This document shows, piece by piece, positions 20,423-33,955 of a DNA stretch of 64,000 nt; the first letter of the stretch is position 1; every line of letters begins with the position of its first letter. Below the pieces are notes generated by a model that saw only the letters and a list, made by a program, of their open reading frames with translations, had not been told where the DNA came from and made no database searches. Position numbers and translations under genes: made by a program. This DNA comes from Rhodospirillaceae bacterium (GTDB lineage Bacteria > Pseudomonadota > Alphaproteobacteria > GCA-2746255). Where the stretch lies: contig NVWO01000004.1 in assembly GCA_002746255.1 (NCBI GenBank), positions 76,774-140,773 on the forward strand, given 5' to 3'.

Positions 20423-20527
20423 TCCCCTCTTTTGATTGGAATATGCAGAACCACTGATACGGAGTCTCGAAAACGAGACATGGTTCAGTTGTCAGCAGAT
20501 TGGAGGAAAATCAATCAAAGTAGGGGA
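20423..20527 (-). promoter_or_regulatory. Predicted SD-sequestering RNA hairpin linking the leader ORF end to the downstream RBS
   Basis: Inverted repeat 20423-20438 / 20512-20527 (14/16) enclosing nested stems 20448-20453/20481-20486 and 20464-20469/20474-20479. Confidence 0.75.
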
Positions 20528-20811
20528 GGTGCGCGTGCGCGCAGAAGGCTTTTAGGGAGTTGCCTATGTGGTTGTGTAGTGGGCGGAGGTTCAACAGAAG
20601 CAATTTTTTGAATCGGGGCGGTTAGCGATAGAATGGGTGGCAGGTCCACAGACAGTTGGCCGAGCCGGCAGATTTGACATCCATCAACTAGGCTTGAATG
20701 ATCGGTAACATCACTTAGATCGTGGGATGCAACGTGCAATGCTGCAAAGAGCAGCGTAAACACCATCACCAGCCGGAGGCGGCGGAGCACGTTTATGTTA
20801 GGGCTAAACAC
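20515..20811 (-). CDS. DUF2946-like CxxC/RAPP leader (putative ribosome-arrest) peptide
   Basis: Basic and hydrophobic N-terminus, HxxxH, CQIC, Pro-rich spacer, C-terminal RARAPPLL*; start uncertain (GTG 20811 or 20790). Confidence 0.8.
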   Translation of the reverse strand: MFSPNINVLRRLRLVMVFTLLFAALHVASHDLSDVTDHSSLVDGCQICRLGQLSVDLPPILSLTAPIQKIASVEPPPTTQPHRQLPKSLLRARAPPLL

Positions 20812-20960
20812 GTTTCTCAATTCAAACCAAATAATAATGGTAACTTTTGCAGGAATCAAAGCCTAACCTAACGGCAGAACTCTAATGCTTGGCACCCTCT
20901 TTTGAGGGCAGTGATGATTTACATCAAGATCGGCGGTCCAGAGGAAAAGTTTAGGGGCTT

Positions 20961-21283
20961 GTTCTGGTTCCGGCAAGCACGGTTGTACGCCGGCAGCTTA
21001 AAGACGCGGCGGGTCGTTAAGAGCTTTTTTTCCGGTTCCCGCCGGCATAGTGGATGGCTTCCTCGGCGGCGCGTAGAAGTGCCATCGCCTTGTTGCGGCT
21101 TTCCTGGTATTCGGCTTCCGGATTGCTGTCTGCAACAACCCCGCCGCCGGCCTGCACATACATGGTTTCATCTTTCACGATAGCCGTGCGCAGAGCGATG
21201 CAACTATCCATGGTGCCATTGGCCGCAAAATAACCAACGCAGCCGCCATAGATGCTTCTGCGGTCCGGTTCCAGCTCTTCGAT
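20961..21283. repeat. Direct repeat copy 2
   Basis: Matches 16932-17254; contains the 3' end of intact trpE plus a 60-nt deacetylase tail. Confidence 0.97.
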
Positions 21284-22540
21284 GATTTCCATTGCGCGTA
21301 CCTTTGGCGCACCCGAGACGGTGCCGGCGGGAAAGCCTGCAATGAGCGCGTCAATCGCATCGAATTTCGGATCAAGCCGGCCTTCAACGTTCGAAACAAT
21401 GTGCATAACGTGAGAATAATATTCGATGATCATTTCTTCAGTTACATGAACGCTGCCAATCTCGGCGACGCGGCCAACGTCGTTCCGGCCAAGGTCAAGC
21501 AACATCAGATGTTCAGCCCGCTCTTTCGGGTCGGCGAGCAGGTCTTCCGAGAGCTGCCGGTCTTCTTCGGCATTTTTTCCACGCCGCCGCGTTCCGGCGA
21601 TCGGACGGATTGTTACCACGCCGTCGCGAACCCGGACCAGAATTTCAGGGCTTGAGCCGACGACGGCGAAGTCCTGGAAGTCGAGAAGAAACAGGAAAGG
21701 TGAGGGGTTCAGCCGTCGCAGCGACCGGTAGAGCGCAATGGGCGGTAGCGGGAAGGGAACCTGAAAACGCTGCGAGGGGACCACCTGGAAAACGTCACCA
21801 GCCCGAATGTAGGCCTTCGCCCGTTCGACCATTCCGTGATACGCCTCGCGGGTCTGATTCGAAACCGGAACTGGTGTCTCGGTGGATGGCGGCGCGCTCA
21901 TCTTTTCATGGGAAAGGCTTTCGTCAAGGGTCACAATGCATTGCTGAAGACGTGCTTCTGCCTTCGCATAGGCGGCCTTCGCATCGAGTTCTTTTTTTGG
22001 GCGAACCGGCGTGACCAGGATCGCCGTGTCTTCAATGTTGTCGAAGATCACCATTACCGTCGGACGAACGAACATGCCATCGGGCAAGCCGGAAATGCCT
22101 GCCGGGTTTGTGGCGGGCAGGTCCTCCATTAATCGGACCATGTCATAGCCCATATAGCCGACGAGGCCTGCGGCCATTGGCGGCATCGCGTCAGGCAGGT
22201 CGATGGCAGACTTTGCAAGCAAGTCGCGGAAGGAAGCGAACACGTCGCCTTCAATGGGGCGAAAGGCGGTGGCATCGACATCGGCATTTTCGTTAATCTC
22301 TGCCCGACCACCGAAGCAACGCCAAATGACATCTGGACGGGTGCCGATAAAAGAATAACGTCCGCGCGTGGCACCACCTTCAACGGATTCGAGTAGAAAA
22401 CCGTTCGGCGAATGTCCGGCAAGTTTCTGCATGGCCGAAACGGGGGTTTCCAGATCGGCAATCAACTTCGTCCACACGACCTGTGGCCGGTTGGCGGTGT
22501 AGTTTTCTGAAAAATCTCCGAAGGAGGGATGGACGGACAT
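21017..22540 (-). CDS. trpE: Anthranilate synthase component I
   Basis: DLETPVS, LLESVEGG, LNPSP, RPIAGTR, EHLMLLDLGRND, PAGTVSGAPK. Confidence 0.97.
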   Translation of the reverse strand: MSVHPSFGDFSENYTANRPQVVWTKLIADLETPVSAMQKLAGHSPNGFLLESVEGGATRGRYSFIGTRPDVIWRCFGGRAEINENADVDATAFRPIEGDVFASFRDLLAKSAIDLPDAMPPMAAGLVGYMGYDMVRLMEDLPATNPAGISGLPDGMFVRPTVMVIFDNIEDTAILVTPVRPKKELDAKAAYAKAEARLQQCIVTLDESLSHEKMSAPPSTETPVPVSNQTREAYHGMVERAKAYIRAGDVFQVVPSQRFQVPFPLPPIALYRSLRRLNPSPFLFLLDFQDFAVVGSSPEILVRVRDGVVTIRPIAGTRRRGKNAEEDRQLSEDLLADPKERAEHLMLLDLGRNDVGRVAEIGSVHVTEEMIIEYYSHVMHIVSNVEGRLDPKFDAIDALIAGFPAGTVSGAPKVRAMEIIEELEPDRRSIYGGCVGYFAANGTMDSCIALRTAIVKDETMYVQAGGGVVADSNPEAEYQESRNKAMALLRAAEEAIHYAGGNRKKSS

Positions 22541-22549
22541 CGCCCTGGT

Positions 22550-24433
22550 CTAGTACGTAGCTTCGATGGCCGAACGATTGGTCTCGACCGGATGTTTCTT
22601 TTCGAGAGCCGCGATATATTGGTCGAGAATGTCGTTTGCCAGAGACTGCAGCAGGTTTGCGCGCACGCTTTCAAGCGCTTTGATGTCTTTGTCGATGTCC
22701 GCTTTCCGAATTTCCTTTATCAGGGCCACGGTGTAACCGTTTTCAGATGGCGCCTGCACCACCTCTCCGACCTTTGCGGCGAAAATTTTTCGGGTCAGTT
22801 CATGGGAAATTCCAGAATTCAAATCTTGCGCATCGCGCGTTAAGGGGTCGGAGGTTCTTATTTGAAAACGTCGATTGCCGGCAAGTTTTTTTAGGCTTGT
22901 CCCGGTTTTTGTCTTTTCGACAATTTCCGTTGCCATTTTTTCAGCCTTGCGGTTCCGTTCTTCCGCCTGCCAATCCGCAATGACCTGTTTGCGGATGTCA
23001 TCAAGTGGCTGCAAGGCCGCTGGCGTAATAGCATCGACCCGCAGAATGAAAAGCCGGCCGTCCTTCGTTTCAACCAACGTGCTTTCCTCACCATCGGCCG
23101 TGTTAAAAGCGGTCGAAAGGAATGCATCGATATCCGGGAGAGTCGCGACCGCCTTTCCGTCGGGGGTTTTCCCCTCGGCGCTTACATTTTCGAAGTGAAG
23201 CGTGGGAAGGTTCAATACCTTTCCGGCTTCTTCAAAGGTCGCACCACTGGCAAGACGGTCTTCAATCTGTGTCGAAATGGCATAAAGGCTGTCGATCGCA
23301 CGATTGTGTGCGATGTCCTCCGCTATCTTGTCGCGAACGGCCTCAAATTTAGGGGTCGCGCCAGGCGCAATCGTTTTCACGCGCAGAATATGCCAGCCGA
23401 ACGGACTTTTTATTGCCTTGCTGACCGCGCCCTTTTCCAGACGGAAGGCCGGTTCGGAAAGTTCCGGGATAAGGTCTTTGCGGGCGTGGCTTCCAAGGGA
23501 AAGGTTGGCACCCTGTTCAACTTTTCCGACCTCTATGGCAACGATCTCGAACGATTTGCCTTCCTCCAGCAACGTTTCTGCGCGTGTTGCGCTTTCTTCA
23601 TCCGAGAGAAGGATTTGTTCGATTTCACGGCGTTCCGGGGTGGAGATTTCGCCAAGGCGCGCTTCGTATTCTTCCCGAAGTTCCGTTTCCGTAATTTCGA
23701 CTTCGCTACGGAAGTCGTCGGGCGAGACGACGATCGCCGTTATTTTGCGGTATTCCGGCGACACGTACTGTTCCGCATGCTCGCTGTGATAGGCAGCAAG
23801 AGTTTCCGGCTTCGGTCTTCCGACGCCCTTCATCTTGTGAGCGGGGACCGACAATGTCGCGACGACCCGCTCTTCTTTCCGGAAATCAAAGAGAAGAGTC
23901 CCCAGGCGTTCCGGCACGACGGTTCCGTGGGTAATTGCTTGCATTAATTGATTGCGTTTGATGCCCCGGCGAATAAGGCTCGCAAATTGCTCTTCGGTGT
24001 AACCGTTGCTTCGAAGCAGGTCGTAAAAAACCTGCTTGTCGAATTCACCAAAGCGATTGCGAAAGGCGGGCGTCTCCTTAATCCGTGCGGCAACCAGCCC
24101 ATCACTGGGGAAAATGCCAAGATCTCTGGACTCCAGATCAAAAATAACTTCAGAGATCAAGCGCTCAAGAGCACGATCAAGAAGCCCCAGCCCGCGGGCC
24201 TGTTCCGCAGTGAGAGAGTTCTCGAAAAGATGCTGAATGCGGTCCATCTCGCGCCGAAATTCTCGGGAAAGCTGGTCGCTGGTAATTTTGACGTCACCGA
24301 CCTTGGCAATGGTCGCCTCGCGTCCACCGCGAAAAACGTCGCCTATTCCCCACACTGCGAAACTCAGGACAAGGAGAAGCAGCAACCCTTTGACGACCCA
24401 AGAGGTCGTGCGTTTGCGGATCGTTTCAAGCAT
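22550..24433 (-). CDS. ppiD: PpiD/SurA-like periplasmic chaperone/PPIase
   Basis: N-terminal TM (SFAVWGIGD), parvulin-like KSPFGWHI; position between tpiA and trpE. Confidence 0.88.
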   Translation of the reverse strand: MLETIRKRTTSWVVKGLLLLLVLSFAVWGIGDVFRGGREATIAKVGDVKITSDQLSREFRREMDRIQHLFENSLTAEQARGLGLLDRALERLISEVIFDLESRDLGIFPSDGLVAARIKETPAFRNRFGEFDKQVFYDLLRSNGYTEEQFASLIRRGIKRNQLMQAITHGTVVPERLGTLLFDFRKEERVVATLSVPAHKMKGVGRPKPETLAAYHSEHAEQYVSPEYRKITAIVVSPDDFRSEVEITETELREEYEARLGEISTPERREIEQILLSDEESATRAETLLEEGKSFEIVAIEVGKVEQGANLSLGSHARKDLIPELSEPAFRLEKGAVSKAIKSPFGWHILRVKTIAPGATPKFEAVRDKIAEDIAHNRAIDSLYAISTQIEDRLASGATFEEAGKVLNLPTLHFENVSAEGKTPDGKAVATLPDIDAFLSTAFNTADGEESTLVETKDGRLFILRVDAITPAALQPLDDIRKQVIADWQAEERNRKAEKMATEIVEKTKTGTSLKKLAGNRRFQIRTSDPLTRDAQDLNSGISHELTRKIFAAKVGEVVQAPSENGYTVALIKEIRKADIDKDIKALESVRANLLQSLANDILDQYIAALEKKHPVETNRSAIEATY

Positions 24434-24620
24434 ACAAAATCGCAGATCGATAAATTGAAGCGGATTGAAGAAAGGCTAAAATTCAAGTTGTTGACCAGCG
24501 CAGTGTAATAGGGGGCTCTAGGGCTCGCAAGCCCAGAATGGGCCATTGTGTGCAATCAGGGGGTCTGGAAAATAGCCATGTCCTATGTTAGCAAATCCCA
24601 TGAACGACCTAGGAATTAGG

Positions 24621-25376
24621 ATGCCACACGCAAAAAATCCGTTAATTATCGGCAACTGGAAGATGAACGGGCTGCGCAAAGCAGGCCAGGCGCTGGCTCG
24701 GGGGATTGTTCAATCGCGTAAACAAGGCCGTGCCGCTGTCGATCTTGTCCTTTGTCCGCCGGCGACCCTTCTGGGGACGATCGGCGAAATTCTGGCGGGA
24801 AGCGGAATTTTTCTGGGCGCGCAGGATTGCCATCAGAAAAAAACAGGCGCCCATACCGGCGATGTTTCCGCAGACATGTTGGCCGATATTGGCTGCCGCT
24901 TCGTTATCCTTGGCCATTCCGAACGCCGGGAAGGGCATGGCGAAAGCGATCGTGATGTTGCCGCAAAGGTCGTCGCTGCCCATGCGGCGGGGCTGATTGC
25001 TATCGTCTGTGTTGGTGAAAGCGCTGCCGAACGGGATGCCGGCGCGGCCCTGGACGTCATTGAGGCGCAGCTTATGGCTTCCTTACCGGAAGGGTCGAAA
25101 GCGGAAAAAACGGTCATCGCCTATGAGCCGTTGTGGGCCATTGGCAGTGGCCGGACACCGACTGCCGACGAAATTAAGGTTGTTCATGAGCGGATTCGCG
25201 CGAATTTGGGTAAATCTTTTGGACCTGCCCAGGCTTTTCGCATTCTCTATGGCGGGTCCGTAATGGCGGCAAACGCGGCGGCAATCCTGTCTATCCCCGG
25301 GGTCAATGGTGCCTTGATTGGCGGGGCCAGCCTGAATGTCGAGGCCTTTTGTGAGATTGCCGAAAGTTGTGGCTAG
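24621..25376 (+). CDS. tpiA: Triosephosphate isomerase
   Basis: GNWKMNG, GHSERR, AYEPLWAIG, LYGGSV. Confidence 0.97.
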   Translation: MPHAKNPLIIGNWKMNGLRKAGQALARGIVQSRKQGRAAVDLVLCPPATLLGTIGEILAGSGIFLGAQDCHQKKTGAHTGDVSADMLADIGCRFVILGHSERREGHGESDRDVAAKVVAAHAAGLIAIVCVGESAAERDAGAALDVIEAQLMASLPEGSKAEKTVIAYEPLWAIGSGRTPTADEIKVVHERIRANLGKSFGPAQAFRILYGGSVMAANAAAILSIPGVNGALIGGASLNVEAFCEIAESCG

Positions 25377-25456
25377 CATCGCATGATGGAATTCAGTAAA
25401 AGGCGGGGGTCGCAAAGGGTGGCGATGTTCAGTAAAAACGGCGAAAAAAAGCAAAG

Positions 25457-25807
25457 ATGACGACGATCCTTCTTGTCATTCACTTGATCCTCGCAGTCGC
25501 GCTGGTCGGTATCATCCTTCTACAGCGAAGCGAGGGTGGCGGCCTTGGTATCGGCGGCAGTAGCGGTGGCGGCGGCCTTTTCACGACAAAGGAAACGGCC
25601 AATCTGCTCACCCGGACAACGGCGATCCTGGCGACCTGTTTCATGGTGAGCAGCCTGACCCTGGCTATTCTTGCCAACCGGTCCTCTGAATCTGTCTCGA
25701 TTCTCGATGCCGAGGAACCCGTCAGCACGCCCTTTGAGGCAACGGTGCCGGAAGCCCCTCTCGAAGCAATGCCGCCAGCCGCGCCAAGCGCGCCTTTGGG
25801 GGAATGA
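25457..25807 (+). CDS. secG: Preprotein translocase subunit SecG
   Basis: Two TM helices, LLQRSEGGGLG, LTRTT; tpiA-secG-pyrG synteny. Confidence 0.94.
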   Translation: MTTILLVIHLILAVALVGIILLQRSEGGGLGIGGSSGGGGLFTTKETANLLTRTTAILATCFMVSSLTLAILANRSSESVSILDAEEPVSTPFEATVPEAPLEAMPPAAPSAPLGE

Positions 25808-27547
<1,740 letters not shown>

Positions 27548-27558
27548 GGAATTTTCAT

Positions 27559-29704
<2,146 letters not shown>

Positions 29705-29756
29705 AATACGCGCAAAAAAAGTTGACGCCTTGCACCCATCGTGATTCCATTCGCTT

Positions 29757-30116
29757 ATGTTGATTTTCAACGAACTTCGTGCGCGTGCGAAACAAATTAT
29801 CGCGCCCGTTATCGGCATTGCGGCCATGACCTATTTTGGCCATCACACCATTCAGGGTGAGCATGGGATTTTGACCTGGCTGCAGCTTTCAAGCCAGGTG
29901 GAGCAGGCGAACGCAACCCTCCACGCGCTTGAAACGAAACGCAGCCAGCTTGCCAACCGGGTTCGGCTCTTGCACCCGGATCATCTCGACCTCGACATGT
30001 TGGACGAACAGGCGCGCCGCTTGCTGAATCTGGGCCGTATGGACGAGATTCTCATTCTCATGCCGACGAATGCCGACGTGACGGTCTCCCCAATAGCTTT
30101 CGACGAAAATAATTAA
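29757..30116 (+). CDS. ftsB: Septum formation initiator (FtsB/DivIC family)
   Basis: Single TM, GEHG, coiled coil, LDLDMLDEQAR; follows eno. Confidence 0.85.
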   Translation: MLIFNELRARAKQIIAPVIGIAAMTYFGHHTIQGEHGILTWLQLSSQVEQANATLHALETKRSQLANRVRLLHPDHLDLDMLDEQARRLLNLGRMDEILILMPTNADVTVSPIAFDENN

Positions 30117-30248
30117 CCTAAATTCAGTTTATCTTAATATTTCATAGGAATACTAAGGTGTTGCAACATTTTTTCTTGTTGCAATTCGCCAGTCATGCGC
30201 GTAGGTCTGGCAACATATGCACCCGACCTACCGAAGGACAGGCGCGGC

Positions 30249-31313
30249 ATGGCGGTACAGAAATCTCGAGAAAAATCCCCAAAAAAACCTGGGAAAAACG
30301 CGGCAAAAAAGGCGCGGCGGCGCCCGGTGCCAAAGAAGGCGGCAGTCTCAGAACTTGCGCGGCTTTTTGAGTTTTACCGGCGCATGTTGCATATTCGCCG
30401 CTTCGAGGAAAAAGCCGGTCAGCTTTATGGCATGGGCCTCATCGGCGGCTTTTGCCATCTCTATATCGGTCAGGAGGCGGTGGTTGTCGGCGCACTTTCG
30501 GCAATCGAAGCGCCAAAGGACTCGTTCATTACAGCCTATCGCTGCCACGGCCATGTGTTGGAAGCAGGGATCGAGCCGAAAACGGCGATGGCCGAGCTGC
30601 TTGGCCGCAGCAACGGCGTTTGCAAGGGCAAGGGCGGTTCCATGCACTTCTTTGCGCCCGAAAAAGGATTTTACGGCGGCCACGGCATCGTTGGCGCTAC
30701 GGCGCCTCTCGGTACAGGGCTGGCCTTCGCCCACAAATATCGCAAAGACGGCGGCGTCGTCCTTGCTTTCTTTGGCGAGGGGGCTGCCAATCAGGGGCAG
30801 GTCTATGAGGCCTTCAACATGGCGTCGCTCTGGAAACTCCCCATCGTCTACATCATCGAGAACAACCGCTATGGCATGGGAACCGCCGTTGAACGCGCCT
30901 CGGCCATTACCGATATGTACAAACATGGCGAGAGCGTCGGCATTCCGGGCCGGCGTGTCGACGGCATGGATGTCGAGGCCGTTCAAAAATCCGTGAAAAC
31001 GGCAGCCGATGAGGCGCGCGCGGGCAAGGGGCCGGTGCTTCTTGAAATGCGGACGTACCGTTATCGAGGCCATTCGATGTCGGACCCGGCGAAATACCGG
31101 AGTCGCGAGGAAGTCGCGAAGATTCGCGAAAAACGCGACCCGATCGACCATTTGGGCAGGCTGCTTCTGAAACACGCCAAGGTAAAGGAAGAAGACCTGA
31201 AAGAGATCGACCGTGAAATAAAGGCCGTCATTTCCAAAGCCGCCGATTTTGCCCAGAAAAGTCCTGAGCCGGAGCCAGCCGAGCTTCTGACAGACATACA
31301 GATCGAGGCATAG
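30249..31313 (+). CDS. pdhA: Pyruvate dehydrogenase E1 alpha
   Basis: [37 protein letters not shown]; start approximate. Confidence 0.96.
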   Translation: MAVQKSREKSPKKPGKNAAKKARRRPVPKKAAVSELARLFEFYRRMLHIRRFEEKAGQLYGMGLIGGFCHLYIGQEAVVVGALSAIEAPKDSFITAYRCHGHVLEAGIEPKTAMAELLGRSNGVCKGKGGSMHFFAPEKGFYGGHGIVGATAPLGTGLAFAHKYRKDGGVVLAFFGEGAANQGQVYEAFNMASLWKLPIVYIIENNRYGMGTAVERASAITDMYKHGESVGIPGRRVDGMDVEAVQKSVKTAADEARAGKGPVLLEMRTYRYRGHSMSDPAKYRSREEVAKIREKRDPIDHLGRLLLKHAKVKEEDLKEIDREIKAVISKAADFAQKSPEPEPAELLTDIQIEA

Positions 31314-31317
31314 GCGC

Positions 31318-32688
31318 ATGGCGAAAAAACTTCTGATGCAGGCCTTAAGCCCGACGATGGAAGAGGGAACCCTTGCCCGCTGGGTAAAAAAGGAAGGCGA
31401 GAAGATTGCCATTGGCGATGTGCTGGCAGAAGTCGAAACGGACAAGGCAACGGTCGAAATGGAAGCCCCGGAAGAAGGCGTTTTGGGAAAAATTCTGGTG
31501 CCGGAAGGTACCGAAAACGTCAAGGTGAACACGCCCATCGCCTGGCTTCTGGAAGAGGACGAGGATGCCCTGAAAGAAACCGACGTTCAGGAACATGCTT
31601 CGGAACCCGAAGACGTTCCTGTGCCGACGACGCCGGCGTTGGTGGCAAAACCGGCACCTGTCGCAGAACCCATATCCGCCACAGGCGCTACCGATATGGG
31701 CGAGACGATAACCCAAACTGTCCGCGATGCCCTGCGCGACGCGATGGCCGAAGAAATGCGCCGGGATAAAGATGTTTTCCTGATGGGCGAAGAGGTCGCC
31801 GAATATCAGGGGGCCTATAAAATAAGCCAGGGCCTGCTTGAGGAATTCGGGGCGATGCGGGTCGTCGACACGCCGATCACCGAGATGGGATTTGCCGGTC
31901 TTGGTGTGGGTGCCGCCTTCGCAGGGCTTCGCCCGATCATCGAGTTTATGACGTTCAACTTTGCCATGCAGGCGATTGACCATCTCGTCAATTCCGCTGC
32001 CAAGACGCTCTACATGACGGGGGGGGCGGTATCGGTTCCCATTGTTTTTCGTGGGCCAAACGGTCCGGCAGCCCGTGTCGCCGCCCAGCATTCCCAATGC
32101 TATGCCAGCTGGTATGCCCATGTGCCGGGGTTAAAAGTCGTAGCCCCGTATTCCGCTGCTGACGCAAAGGGCTTGCTGAAATCGGCCATCCGCGATCCCA
32201 ACCCGGTTGTCTTTCTGGAGAACGAAATTCTCTATGGACAGAGCATGGCGGTTCCCATCGATACGGATTTTCTTGTGCCCATCGGCAAAGCGCATGTGGT
32301 GCGCGAGGGGCGGGACGTAACGATCACCGCCTTTTCGCGAATGGTGGGGTTGGCCCTTGACGCGGCGGAGGAATTGCAAAAAGAAGGCATCGACGCCGAA
32401 GTCATCGATTTACGCACGATCCGCCCTCTGGATTTTCCAGCCATCGTCCAATCTGTGCAAAAGACGAACCGTCTGGTCAATGTCGAGGAGGGCTGGGCCT
32501 ATTCCGGCATCGGCTCTGAAATTTCCGCCCGCGCCATGGAGGAACTTTTTGATTACCTGGACGCCCCCGTTGGGCGTATCGCCGGTGCTGACGTGCCCAT
32601 GCCCTATGCCGCCAATCTTGAAGCGCTGGCGCTGCCGAGTGCCGAAAAAATCGTCACGGCGGTAAAAGCCGTCTGTTACCAGGACTGA
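31318..32688 (+). CDS. pdhB: Pyruvate dehydrogenase E1 beta with N-terminal lipoyl domain
   Basis: ETDKAT lipoyl motif, [15 protein letters not shown]. Confidence 0.96.
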   Translation: MAKKLLMQALSPTMEEGTLARWVKKEGEKIAIGDVLAEVETDKATVEMEAPEEGVLGKILVPEGTENVKVNTPIAWLLEEDEDALKETDVQEHASEPEDVPVPTTPALVAKPAPVAEPISATGATDMGETITQTVRDALRDAMAEEMRRDKDVFLMGEEVAEYQGAYKISQGLLEEFGAMRVVDTPITEMGFAGLGVGAAFAGLRPIIEFMTFNFAMQAIDHLVNSAAKTLYMTGGAVSVPIVFRGPNGPAARVAAQHSQCYASWYAHVPGLKVVAPYSAADAKGLLKSAIRDPNPVVFLENEILYGQSMAVPIDTDFLVPIGKAHVVREGRDVTITAFSRMVGLALDAAEELQKEGIDAEVIDLRTIRPLDFPAIVQSVQKTNRLVNVEEGWAYSGIGSEISARAMEELFDYLDAPVGRIAGADVPMPYAANLEALALPSAEKIVTAVKAVCYQD

Positions 32689-32692
32689 CGCG

Positions 32693-33955
32693 ATGCCAAA
32701 ACCGGTTCTAATGCCAGCCCTTAGCCCAACGATGGAAGAGGGGACTCTTGCCCGCTGGCTAAAGAAGGAAGGCGAAAAAGTTGCGTCCGGCGATTTGCTG
32801 GCCGAGATTGAGACGGACAAGGCGACAATGGAGCTTGAAGCTGTGGACGAAGGGGTTTTGGCAAAAATCCTAATCCCGGAAGGAACCGAGGGCGTGAAGG
32901 TCAACACGCCGATGGCGTGGATTTTGGAAGAGGGCGAGGACGCAAGCGTTCTTGACACCATCGCCACTGATACACGCATTCCTGAACCGGTCGAAGCCAC
33001 CGCGCCAAAGCCAACCAAAGCTGCGCCGCGCCCGAAATCACAATCTGCCTCGCAACCGGCCATTGCCTCAGGCACGCGGATTTTTGCAAGCCCACTTGCA
33101 CGGCGGCTCGCCGAACAGGGTGGCATCGACTTAAGCCGGGTTACCGGAACCGGCCCCAGGGGCCGTATCGTCAAGCGCGATGTCGAGGGCGCGCCAGACG
33201 CTTCCCGACGCGAACGCCGGGGGCAGGTTCCCTCGCGTCCGCCGGTGGAAATGCCACCATTTAAGGAAATTCCGAACACGAATATTCGCAAGGTCATTGC
33301 CGAGCGTCTGACCCAGGTGCATCAGGACGTGCCGACCTTCTTCCTTTCCATCGATTGCACGATTGATGCGTTGCTGGACGTTCGCAAGCAGGCAAATTCG
33401 ATGCGCGAAGGCCCAAAGCTTTCCGTGAACGATTTTCTTATTCGCGCGGCGGCCTTGGCGCTGATGGACGTACCAGCGGTGAATGCAAGCTGGCAGGAAA
33501 AGGCCATCCGTCAATATGAAGCCGCCGATATTGCAATGGCTGTTACGACCGATCGCGGTTTGATTACTCCGGTCATTCGCAATGCGGAAACAAAAACAAT
33601 CGGCGACATTGCCAAAGAATCAAAAATGCTTGCAGAAAAGGCGCGGGCTGGAAAGCTTCAGCCGGAAGAATTCCAAGGCGGCACGTTTACGATTTCAAAT
33701 CTTGGCATGTTCGCCATTCGCCAGTTCGATGCGATCCTCAACCCGCCACAGGCCTGCATTCTGGCCGTTGGTGCCGGCGAAATGCAACCCGTCGTAAAAG
33801 ATAGTCGGATTTCCACGGCGACGCGGATGCGTTGCACACTTACTTGCGATCATCGGGTGGTGGATGGCGCCGTCGGTGCCGAATTTCTTGCCGCCTTTCG
33901 CTCTTACGTCGAGGAACCGGCCCGAATTCTGTTGAAGGAAGCGGGATATGGCTGA
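32693..33955 (+). CDS. pdhC: Dihydrolipoamide acetyltransferase E2
   Basis: Lipoyl [28 protein letters not shown]. Confidence 0.96.
   Translation: MPKPVLMPALSPTMEEGTLARWLKKEGEKVASGDLLAEIETDKATMELEAVDEGVLAKILIPEGTEGVKVNTPMAWILEEGEDASVLDTIATDTRIPEPVEATAPKPTKAAPRPKSQSASQPAIASGTRIFASPLARRLAEQGGIDLSRVTGTGPRGRIVKRDVEGAPDASRRERRGQVPSRPPVEMPPFKEIPNTNIRKVIAERLTQVHQDVPTFFLSIDCTIDALLDVRKQANSMREGPKLSVNDFLIRAAALALMDVPAVNASWQEKAIRQYEAADIAMAVTTDRGLITPVIRNAETKTIGDIAKESKMLAEKARAGKLQPEEFQGGTFTISNLGMFAIRQFDAILNPPQACILAVGAGEMQPVVKDSRISTATRMRCTLTCDHRVVDGAVGAEFLAAFRSYVEEPARILLKEAGYG

Larger units (their letters stand above)
17255..20960. mobile_element. Integrase-less metal-uptake island between direct repeats
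   Basis: Four co-oriented genes bounded by the 323-bp repeat; no recombinase or transposase ORF inside. Confidence 0.7.

Noticed and set aside
20826..20850. Zur/Fur-like box upstream of the leader ORF (AAAGTTACCATTATTATTT on the minus strand)
   Set aside because: Only a partial match and poorly palindromic; cannot be distinguished from an AT-rich promoter
31318..32940. Similar 5' ends of pdhB and pdhC
   Set aside because: A lipoyl domain on E1-beta is the normal alphaproteobacterial arrangement
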